This document shows positions 52,551 through 61,224 of a stretch of 64,000 bases of DNA, piece after piece; the first letter of the stretch is position 1; the number at the start of each line of letters is the position of its first letter. Position numbers and translations under genes: made by a program. The DNA comes from an uncultured delta proteobacterium (GTDB lineage: Bacteria > Desulfobacterota > Desulfobacteria > Desulfobacterales > QNYZ01): NCBI GenBank assembly GCA_963845145.1, contig CAWJQU010000005.1:96001-160000 (forward strand), in the 5' to 3' direction. A model generated the notes under the pieces. It searched no databases. It was not told where the DNA came from and saw only the letters and a program-made list of their open reading frames with translations.

Positions 52551-52635
52551 TGATCGACAATCTGCCCCTCCAGGGACAATAAATTTTTGTGTGCATGGTC
52601 CATCCGGTCGTTTAAGCCCGGTCGTTGAAGTCCGG

Positions 52636-52833
52636 TCACCCCCCGGCCACCAAAGGAATTAAAAAGACCCGAGCCCCATCCGGCACCAGGGTTTGATCGA
52701 ACTGGGGCCGGGAAATGATCTTGTTGTTGACCCGTACCGCCGGATACTCGTAGGTTTCCCCCATGGCTTCAATCAGCCTGGTGACGGTCATACCCTCCTG
52801 CCACGGCACGGATTTATCGTCCACGCGGATCAC
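52636..52833 (-). CDS. ThiS/MoaD-family sulfur carrier
   Basis: 65 aa ending in VAGG; overlaps the AOR stop. Confidence 0.88.
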   Translation of the reverse strand: MIRVDDKSVPWQEGMTVTRLIEAMGETYEYPAVRVNNKIISRPQFDQTLVPDGARVFLIPLVAGG

Positions 52834-54972
52834 ACGGTAACCCCTTTGGCTTTTAAGGTCTCGACCACTTCGGGAAAGTCGATGCCCAGGCGTTTAACGG
52901 TAGCCAGCGTGGGGATCCCATCTTCGTTCCATCCCCGTCGTTTGTAAACCACGCCTTTTAAGTTATCGTAATCTTCTTCTCGTATTTTCCGTAAAACCGC
53001 TATTTTTTCGCTGGTCTTCATTTCCGATATATCAACGTTATGGATCTCTTTGAGCTGGGTATCGTAACGTTCTTGGCGAGATTCATATTCATCAGCAGTA
53101 ACCGGCCCCATGGCCCGGTAAGGCAGTACATCATGCTCCCGGCGACCGAAACCCATTCTCAAATTAAAAACGCGTTGAAAATTATAGACCGCTTCACTCA
53201 TAGCGATCAGGTCTTCAGGCTTGCTGACCCGTCCCGTCACTGCGCTGAAATATTGGGCATACCAATTCACATGTTTCATTACCTTGGCCGGTTCTGCAGT
53301 CTCCTTGTTATCTTCGGGCACAACATCGTTCCAGGGCAACTTGCACAGCCCGCACAGGCTAAACCAGGTACGCCACATGGGAAACCAGTGCAGATTTTCG
53401 GCCTTTTGCTCAAAGGTCGGCATGAAGTTGTGGACCATGTCGAGAAAAATCAGCCAGGCTTCATCATGCTGGGGCCCTTTTAACGCCAGGCCATACCCAC
53501 CTTGCTGGGCCAGGGACTCCTTGGTCATGTATTCTGAAAATTCCAACCCTTTGGACTCCATGCCGATATCTTGTAAAATGTTGGGGTCGGCCCCATATTC
53601 TTCGGCAAAGATCTGTTTCATACGCCGAATGCCCTGGCCGGCAATTTTACCGAACCCCTCGCCCCGGCCCATCTGGTGCAACAGTTCCATCGCATTGGCC
53701 CGCTGCCCGAAAGGAAGGGCCAGACCGCCGGTATGGGTGTCATTGATAAGCCCCATTTCATAGCATTCCATCACAAAGGCGATTCCTGTACCGACGCTGA
53801 TGGTATCCAGTCCGTAATTATCGCAATAAAAATTGATCTCCAGAATGGTGAAGGGGTCGAAAATTCCCAGGTTTGACCCGCACCCGGCAATGGTTTCGTA
53901 CTCGGGTCCGTCAACAAATACCGGTTGACCCTTATACGGCCCGGTTAGCGGGCACGAAATCTTTCACCCCATGCGAGCACCCAACCGTGCACCCTTTCCA
54001 ACATCCGTCAAAGCCGGGATCAAACAGGTGTTGATAAACATCCCGGCCAATAAGCTCCGACTGGGGATGACGCCCGTAGCGGAAGTTGTTCACCGGCAGA
54101 CAATCATGATCGTTCATGATGGGCACCAGGTGGGTAGTGCCGATTCGAGCCATTTCGTTTTGCTTCGGATCCAGCGCAACGATCTCCTTGGAATAGCTTT
54201 TACCCACCGCCTTGGCAGCTTCCGGGTCGGCCGGGTGATTCACATCCATCGGGACCTTGCCCCAGCGTGCGACAACGGCCACAATGCCCTTATCGGCAAA
54301 GACCGTGCCGATCCCGCCACGGCCGGCCTGCTTGTAGCGGGCCCGTTTCCGTTTGGTATCGTACCATGAAAAATTGAGGCAACCGAACAACGTATGCCGG
54401 GCGCCGGGCCCAGTGCATACAACGGATATATTAGCCGGCTTTCCCTGACCGAAATGGTCGGTCATTTCCATGGCGATCGAATAGGCATCGTCCGGGAGAT
54501 TATCGGCGGCCAACAATTGGATCTTGCCTTCAATCCCATCAATGAAAACGATCGTTTTTTTATCTGTTTTACCCGTCATTCGAAGGGCGTCAAAACCGGA
54601 AAATTTCAGATACGGTCCGAAATACCCTCCCACGTTGGAGTCCACCGGCATATGGGTAAGGGGTGAGATGGTGGTCACAATGCTCTTTCCCGAACCGGGA
54701 TAGGAAGGCGTTCCCCCCATGGGCCCGGAAGCGATGCAGATGGCATTTTCCGGATCGTTCCAGCGGGTGGTCTCGGTCACCGCCTGCCATAAAAGCCATA
54801 GGTCAAACCCTTTTCCACCGATGAATTTTTCTTTCATTACATCGCTTACCGGCACCAGGTTGATGGTTGCCGAGGTCAGATCGATTTGCAGGGTTTGGCC
54901 CGCATAGCCTCGATCAATTTCGGGACGCTCGTAACGTATCGCTGCCGTTTCTCGAAAGTTAAAATCAGCCAT
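52830..54972 (-). CDS. aor: Aldehyde:ferredoxin oxidoreductase (W/Mo; frameshift at 53950-53952)
   Basis: FIGGKG, SPLT...DSNVGG, AGRGG and C..C...C; removing one base restores DGPEYET...CDNYGLDTIS and joins the C-terminal ORF. Confidence 0.9.
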
Positions 54973-55021
54973 GAAACTATCTCCTTATTTAAAGCCGGTA
55001 CCCATCATATGTGTCGCATAC

Positions 55022-55047
55022 ATGGATCAAACAAATGGATCAAACAA
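55022..55047. repeat. Perfect 13-bp direct repeat ATGGATCAAACAA x2
   Basis: Directly visible 50 bp upstream of the AOR start. Confidence 0.85.
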
Positions 55048-55166
55048 AGGCTAAAATAGCCTGTGTGAATATAGATGCAAGGAGTTTATCATTTAACCCC
55101 CGGCACTTCAATGTTGGCGGCAGGCAGGAAATCCCAACCCAAATTTCAGCATTCATTTTGCAGGTA

Positions 55167-55195
55167 TTGACCTTCGGTTGATAATCGGGTAGCGT
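55167..55195 (+). promoter_or_regulatory. Candidate sigma-70 promoter for the SDR/ThDP cluster
   Basis: TTGACC-N17-TAGCGT. Confidence 0.35.
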
Positions 55196-55296
55196 TTATT
55201 CGTCAACCACCCACCAACCGATAGTATATTATTTATTTCAGTTAGTTATTTTATGAACCCAACCATCAAAGCCACGCATTCTAACAGGAACCCGCC

Positions 55297-56127
55297 ATGT
55301 ATCCAGACCTGAAAGGAAAGACCGCACTGATAACCGGTGCCGGGAAAGAGACCGGAATCGGATATGCCATTGCCCACCGGCTTGCGGCAGACGGCAGCGC
55401 TGTTATTATCGCCGACCTCGCCGGTAAAACAGATGACCCGCTGGTATCAGGCGATGGAGAGAAGATGACACGCCTGGCAGCGGAGCTGTCCACTACTTAC
55501 GGCATTAAAGCGTTAGCCGTTGAGTTGGATGTAACCCGGGCCGCCTCCATCGACCGAATGGTCGCCAAGGTAACCGATAACTTTAACCGGATTGATATCC
55601 TTTGCAATAACGCCGGAACGGTTTTCGGCGTTCCCAATGCGGTCCATACCTATGATGAGACAGCCTGGATGAAAACCATCGATGTCAATCTGCATGGCGT
55701 TTATCGCGTCTCCAAAGCTGTGGTTCCGTTGATGCCCAAAACAGGCGGCAGCATTATCAACAGCGCTTCCCAGGCAGCCAAAAAACCGCCGCTTTTCAAT
55801 GGTGCTTATGCTGTGGCCAAGGCCGGCGTCCTCATGATGACGAAAGTGATGGCCTTGGAATTGGCGGGTGCCGGTATTCGCGTCAATGCCATCTGCCCGG
55901 GCGTCATCAAGACGGATTTTACACGCTGGCGTTTTGAACTGGAAGCCGAGTTTCTAAACGCCACCCCGGAAGAACGTGAATCGATAAAGCGTGGTGAAAT
56001 TCCATTGGGACGGCTCGGCACGGTTGAGGAAGTGGCCGACTTAGTGGCTTTTCTCTCTTCATCGGCATCCGCTTACATTACCGGCCAGGCGGTCAATATT
56101 ACGGGCGGACAGTTGATGGAGGTCTAA
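55297..56127 (+). CDS. Short-chain dehydrogenase/reductase (probably NAD-preferring)
   Basis: TGAGKETGIG, IADL, NNAG, YAVAK, NAICPG and YITGQ. Confidence 0.93.
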   Translation: MYPDLKGKTALITGAGKETGIGYAIAHRLAADGSAVIIADLAGKTDDPLVSGDGEKMTRLAAELSTTYGIKALAVELDVTRAASIDRMVAKVTDNFNRIDILCNNAGTVFGVPNAVHTYDETAWMKTIDVNLHGVYRVSKAVVPLMPKTGGSIINSASQAAKKPPLFNGAYAVAKAGVLMMTKVMALELAGAGIRVNAICPGVIKTDFTRWRFELEAEFLNATPEERESIKRGEIPLGRLGTVEEVADLVAFLSSSASAYITGQAVNITGGQLMEV

Positions 56128-56221
56128 GCAGCCAGTTTGGAAACAGGCTAAAATCTATAAAAAGATGAAAAAATAGATTGCGTTTTAATATCATCGAAAC
56201 CTGAAGCGACAGGAGCAGACC

Positions 56222-57994
56222 ATGTCTGAAATAATCGGGGCAGAAATAACCGGGGCTGAAACAACCGGGGCTAAAATAACCGGCGGAGAGTTATTGTTAA
56301 AGTGTCTGCATGCCGAGGGTATCCGACATATCCATGCCATCACCGATGGAACGTACATGATGGTCATTGAGGCCATCGAACGGTTGGGAGATGAACTCGG
56401 CATAAAACTTATTGTTCCCCGTCATGAAGCCGCTGCCGCCCATGCCTGTGACGCCTATACGCGTATAACCGGTGAACCGGCGGTGGTCATGGCTTGCGCC
56501 GGCCCCGGGGCCGCCAACCTGATCTCAGGGCTTCTATGTGCCCAGGCGGAGGGAAGTCCGGTGATCGCCATCACCACGACCCGCCGCAGTGAAATTGCCG
56601 ACGCCTATATGCACCAAGGCGGCATGCAGGTCAGCCATCACCTCGACATCTTCCGACCGGCTGTAAAATGGAACGGCAAGGTTGATCACTGGCACCGTAT
56701 TCCGGACATGGTGCGCCATGCCTTTCGGGTGGCCACCTCCGGCCGACCCGGTCCGACCCATCTTTTAATTCCGGAAGACATCATCAGCCAAAAAGAAGAA
56801 AAAGAGCCGGTCAGTATTTATGTGCCGCAAAAATATCGGCTAACCAAAGGTCTGCCGGCCAATCCTGACGATGTTCACTCGGCAGCCAAGATGCTGGTTG
56901 AAGCGGACCTGGTCAATATTCACTGCGGGAATGGCGCCGAACGTTCCGGGGCCGGGCCGGAGGTCCAGGCTCTGGCCGAATATCTGGGATGTCCGGTCAC
57001 GGCGACCATTCGCGCCCGCGGGATCGTTGCCGATGATCATGAACTCGTTTTTCATCCGACCTGCATGTCACGCATCGCCGCCAATGGGCAGGCCGACCTG
57101 GTCCTGGCCGTGGGAACCCGGCTTGGGGAGCTCAATATGTGGGGGCGCCCCCCTATGTTCGGCGAACCGGACAATCAGGGTCTGATCCAGATTGACGCGG
57201 ACCCAATCAGTATCGGCCTGAACCGTCCGGTGGATATGCCGCTGGTAGGCGACGCCAAAAAAGTATTGATCCAAATATTGGCGGCGGTCAAAACCCTGAC
57301 CCAAAAACGTGAACCCCATGCCAAAGTAGCCGAATACCGCGCTATTCAGGATGATTGGCAAGCGGAGCTGGATAAGACCGTGGCCGATACAACGTTAAAG
57401 CCGATGTTGACAGGCCAAATTCTGAAAGTGTGCAACAATTTTTTCGATGAAGACGCCATATTTGTCATGGACGGAGGTAATACAACCCTTTGGGATATTC
57501 ACTATCATATCGCCCGAAAGCAGCGCTCCGTACTTTATTCCATGAATTACGGTCACCTCGGCACCGGGTTGCCATATGCCATCGGTGCCAAACTGGCCGC
57601 CCCGGAGCGAATGGTCTATTGTGTCACCGGTGATAGCGCCTTTGGATTCAATATACAGGAACTTGAAACGGCGGTTCGCAACCAGTTACCGGTCATTATG
57701 ATTGTGGCTGTTGATGGGGCGTACGGCATGGAAAAAAGTGCTCAGCTGCGTCAGTTTGGTCGTGAAGCCGACTGGTTCGGACACGACCATGCCCCGGTCC
57801 GATACGATCAGGTGGGCGTCGCCATGGGATGCCACGGTGAGTATGTGGAAACCGCCGACGACATCCTGCCGGCCCTCGAACGGTCGGCCGCATCGGGCAA
57901 GCCGGCCGTCATTCATGCCGTTGTGGATCCTGAAGCCAATGTCGACCCGCCGGGGGGCTGGCTCTGGGCGGCCGCACGTACCGGCAAGATGTAA
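56222..57994 (+). CDS. Thiamine-diphosphate-dependent enzyme (ALS/HACL/OXC superfamily)
   Basis: PRHEAAAAH, GPGAAN, SGRPGP, DGGNT, GHLGTGLPYAIGA and GDSAFGF. Confidence 0.92.
   Translation: MSEIIGAEITGAETTGAKITGGELLLKCLHAEGIRHIHAITDGTYMMVIEAIERLGDELGIKLIVPRHEAAAAHACDAYTRITGEPAVVMACAGPGAANLISGLLCAQAEGSPVIAITTTRRSEIADAYMHQGGMQVSHHLDIFRPAVKWNGKVDHWHRIPDMVRHAFRVATSGRPGPTHLLIPEDIISQKEEKEPVSIYVPQKYRLTKGLPANPDDVHSAAKMLVEADLVNIHCGNGAERSGAGPEVQALAEYLGCPVTATIRARGIVADDHELVFHPTCMSRIAANGQADLVLAVGTRLGELNMWGRPPMFGEPDNQGLIQIDADPISIGLNRPVDMPLVGDAKKVLIQILAAVKTLTQKREPHAKVAEYRAIQDDWQAELDKTVADTTLKPMLTGQILKVCNNFFDEDAIFVMDGGNTTLWDIHYHIARKQRSVLYSMNYGHLGTGLPYAIGAKLAAPERMVYCVTGDSAFGFNIQELETAVRNQLPVIMIVAVDGAYGMEKSAQLRQFGREADWFGHDHAPVRYDQVGVAMGCHGEYVETADDILPALERSAASGKPAVIHAVVDPEANVDPPGGWLWAAARTGKM
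56228..56287 (+). repeat. 4 x 15-bp in-frame degenerate tandem repeat
   Basis: GAAATAATCGGGGCA / GAAATAACCGGGGCT / GAAACAACCGGGGCT / AAAATAACCGGCGGA, encoding EIIGA-EITGA-ETTGA-KITGG. Confidence 0.85.
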
Positions 57995-58031
57995 ACCCGT
58001 AATTCATAGCCAAAGGCCGGTAGGAGGGAAT

Positions 58032-58952
58032 ATGCCACCGGAAGTTATCGACCAGGTCCGGCTCAACTTTAGCCAGCAGGATCTTTTCCTCATCAATGCC
58101 GCCATCGGCCTGATGATGCTCGGGGTGGCCATTGACCTTAAATTAAGTGATTTCAAACGCATCCTGTTGGCCCCCAAAGCCCCCCTTATCGGTCTGGCAG
58201 CCCAGTTTATTCTTCTGCCGTTTTTCACCTTTCTGCTGACATTAATGATCAAACCTCAGCCCTCCATTGCCCTGGGAATGATACTGGTGGCGGCCTGCCC
58301 GGGCGGAAATCTATCGAACCTCATGACCTATCTGGCCAAAGGTAATTGTGCCATCTCCATCAGCATGACCGCCGTTTCCACCGCAGCGGCTGTCGTTATG
58401 ACACCGCTGAACCTGGCCCTATGGGGGAACCTGAATCCGGCCACCGCCCGGATTCTGCAAAAAGTGAGTTTAAATCCGATGGATCTGTTTATAACGATCT
58501 TTCTCATCCTGGGAATTCCGTTGGCCATCGGCATGATTTTATCCAAAATATTTCCCGGCATGGCCGATAAGGTCCGCAATCCCTTCAAAATTTTCACCCT
58601 GATATTTTTCATTCTTCTCGTTTTGGGCGCCCTGGCCGCTAACTGGCAGATATTCCTGGATGTCATCGGGCTGGTTATTCTCGCCGTATTCATCCATAAC
58701 GCACTCGCCCTGAACATTGGTTACTGGTCGAGTCGACTACTCGGTTTGGTCGAGCAAGATTCACGGGCCGTGGCCATCGAAGTCGGTATTCAAAATTCGG
58801 CTTTGGGCCTGGTCCTGGTGTTTAATTTTTTTGATGGTCTGGGTGGCATGGCCATTCTGGTGGGTTGGTGGGGAATCTGGCACATCATCGCAGGCCTGAT
58901 CGTGGCCTTTATTTTTACCCGGCGACCACTCCCCGAAAATGCGCCGGCTTAA
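58032..58952 (+). CDS. Bile acid:sodium symporter (SBF/BASS) family transporter
   Basis: RBS AGGAGG before ATG 58032; AQFILLP, ACPGGNLSN and EVGIQNSALG; many TM helices. Confidence 0.92.
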   Translation: MPPEVIDQVRLNFSQQDLFLINAAIGLMMLGVAIDLKLSDFKRILLAPKAPLIGLAAQFILLPFFTFLLTLMIKPQPSIALGMILVAACPGGNLSNLMTYLAKGNCAISISMTAVSTAAAVVMTPLNLALWGNLNPATARILQKVSLNPMDLFITIFLILGIPLAIGMILSKIFPGMADKVRNPFKIFTLIFFILLVLGALAANWQIFLDVIGLVILAVFIHNALALNIGYWSSRLLGLVEQDSRAVAIEVGIQNSALGLVLVFNFFDGLGGMAILVGWWGIWHIIAGLIVAFIFTRRPLPENAPA

Positions 58953-58978
58953 TCGGGCCGGTTTAATCGAGATAGTTG

Positions 58979-59789
58979 ATGAAGCACCTGTTTAAAAACA
59001 AAGTAGTTGCGATTACCGGCGGTGCCAGCGGCATTGGAAAAGCGTTGGGATATCAATTTGCGCAAAACGGCGCACAAGTCGGGCTGCTGGATCGCGATGA
59101 CTAAAGGTGTTAAATGTGGCGCACAGACCATGCGGAAAAACGGGCTTCAAGCCATCGGTATCCATTGTGATGTCACCGTGGAAGCCGACTGCCGTAGTGC
59201 GATGGATACTATTATCGAGACCTACGGCGGCATCGATGTATTGGTCAACAACGCGGGGATCACTCTAAGAGAAGCGTTCCTTAGGACCCGGATAAAGGCC
59301 TACCGAAAAGTAATGGAAGTTAATTTTTTCGGCGCGCTCAACTGCACCATGGCATCTATAGAGAACCTCGTGGCCCGCAAGGGAATGCTGATCGTCATTT
59401 CCAGCATCGCCGGGTTTTCACCGTTACCGGGAAGGAGTGGCTATTGTGCCAGCAAATACGCACTCCATGGTCTGTTTGAAACCTTACGGATCGAGCTCGA
59501 AAACAGTGGCGTGCACATTCTCATGGTTTGCCCCGCTTTTGTTAAAACGAACCTGCAGACAACGGCTTTAGGTGGCGATGGCCAGGTGACCACCCGTATA
59601 CAATCGCTAACAGGAAAGCCGGAAACCGCGGAACGGACGGCCAAACGTATTTATCAAGCGGCGCTTAAAGGAGAAAAACAACTGATTCCAACCCCCATGG
59701 GTCAGGTTGCCTATTGGGTCAGCCGCTTATTGCCCCAGGCCTATGCCCGTATTGTTTCCCGAAAATTCAGATCCGAATTGATTTTCTGA
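58979..59789 (+). CDS. Short-chain dehydrogenase/reductase (frameshift near 59100)
   Basis: MKHLFKNKVVAITGGASGIG...LLDRD stops at 59102; the next frame continues with NNAG, SSIAG and YCASK. Confidence 0.85.
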
Positions 59790-59790
59790 C

Positions 59791-59819
59791 TTGTATCAAT
59801 TCGGGCATGTGGTTATTAT
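59791..59819 (+). promoter_or_regulatory. Candidate sigma-70 promoter for the diadenylate cyclase gene
   Basis: TTGTAT-N17-TATTAT. Confidence 0.35.
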
Positions 59820-59856
59820 AACAATGATTACGACCAACCCATAACCCCTGGTTGAC

Positions 59857-61068
59857 ATGATGTTTCTAAAAATATTTTCGCACATTCGAATTCAGGATCT
59901 GGTGGATGTCTTTTTCCTGTCAATCGTCACGTACCATTTGTACTTGTGGTTCAAGGGGACCAAAGCGTTAAAGGCACTGATCGGCCTGATGGCCCTGGGC
60001 GGTATCTTCACCATTGCACAAACCTGGGGCCTTTTTCTGACCACCTGGGTTTTTCAGATCCTGTGGCAGGTCTTAATCATCCTCTTGATCATCCTGTTCC
60101 AACCGGAAATTCGTCAAGTTCTGGAAAAAGTTAATCCTTTTCAAGGATATGATTGGCGCAATAACGCCAACACGGCGGGCTGGATTGAAGACCTTACCGA
60201 GTCCTGTTTTCGGATGGGAAGACGGGGCATCGGCGCGCTGGTGATTATTGAGCGTTCTGACCGGGTGGACGAGCTGCTGACAGGGGGTATTTCGGTTGAG
60301 GGAGCGCCTAAGCCTGAACTGCTGCTTAGTATTTTCAACAAAGAATCGCCACTGCATGACGGTGCCGTCATTATACGAAATGGAAAAGTGGTTTCAGCGG
60401 CAAACTACCTTCCATTGACATCCACTGAAGATATTCCGCACGCATGGGGGACCCGGCATCGTGCTGCTTTGGGACTGATAGAGAAAAGTGATGCCTGGGT
60501 GGTGGTGGTATCTGAAGAACGCTGGGAAGTTTCCCTGGCTCGAGACGGGCATGTCGGTAGTCTCGAAGGGCCGGAAAGCCTGATATCTGCCCTTAATGAT
60601 TCCATAACAACCGATAGATCACCTAAAAAAGGTTTGTTGGATCACTTCCGACAGTTATTAACCCAACGCTGGCCCATAAAACTTGGGATCTTTGCGCTAG
60701 TCGGTTTTGTCTGGTTGATATTTGCCGGGCAGCAGGACTTTGAAGTCAACTTTGAAGTCCCCGTGCAGATTGAAAACCTGCCGTCGAAATTTGAGATCAT
60801 CGAACCCCCCAAACCGACGGTATCACTTACTGCCCGGGGGCTTCGCAAAGACGCAAGTACCCTTTCGCAACGCAATGTGGGCATCAAGCTGGACCTGTCC
60901 CTGGCCAACCAAAACCGCAATACGTTTCGAATCACGCCTTATCATATAACCTTGCCCAATGACCGAATAGACATTGTCAAAATAAAACCGGAATTTATTA
61001 CCTTCACGTTCTCCTTAAAAGAAGGCTCGCGCATCGAAATTCAAAAAGAAACGCCATCGCCCGATTGA
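59857..61068 (+). CDS. cdaA: Diadenylate cyclase CdaA fused to a YbbR/CdaR-like domain
   Basis: Three N-terminal TMs, FQPEIR, PLHDGA, GTRHRAA and VVSEE, then a TM (WPIKL) and a YbbR-like beta domain. Confidence 0.88.
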   Translation: MMFLKIFSHIRIQDLVDVFFLSIVTYHLYLWFKGTKALKALIGLMALGGIFTIAQTWGLFLTTWVFQILWQVLIILLIILFQPEIRQVLEKVNPFQGYDWRNNANTAGWIEDLTESCFRMGRRGIGALVIIERSDRVDELLTGGISVEGAPKPELLLSIFNKESPLHDGAVIIRNGKVVSAANYLPLTSTEDIPHAWGTRHRAALGLIEKSDAWVVVVSEERWEVSLARDGHVGSLEGPESLISALNDSITTDRSPKKGLLDHFRQLLTQRWPIKLGIFALVGFVWLIFAGQQDFEVNFEVPVQIENLPSKFEIIEPPKPTVSLTARGLRKDASTLSQRNVGIKLDLSLANQNRNTFRITPYHITLPNDRIDIVKIKPEFITFTFSLKEGSRIEIQKETPSPD

Positions 61069-61224
61069 TGAAAATTACCGTTTCTATTGCCACTCGATTT
61101 GATGATTTGACCCATCCGCACTACCCCCCTATTTCAAACTGGAGAGGGGTAATGACCCTTGGGGTGGGTGGAATATTGGCGACCTGGTGTGCTTTCTTTT
61201 TTGGTAAAAATCGGATTTAAATCA

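Noticed and set aside
56222..57994. Calling the ThDP enzyme ilvB or xsc
   Set aside because: No ilvN/ilvC or sulfonate-pathway genes are adjacent, and the GDSAFGF motif points elsewhere.
57702..58031. N-terminal extension of the symporter ORF
   Set aside because: It overlaps the ThDP enzyme gene; a strong RBS supports ATG 58032.
61100..61175. c-di-AMP (ydaO) riboswitch after cdaA
   Set aside because: Only a simple imperfect hairpin (TACCCCCCT...AGAGGGGTA, 61122-61151) is visible; the conserved ydaO segments are absent.
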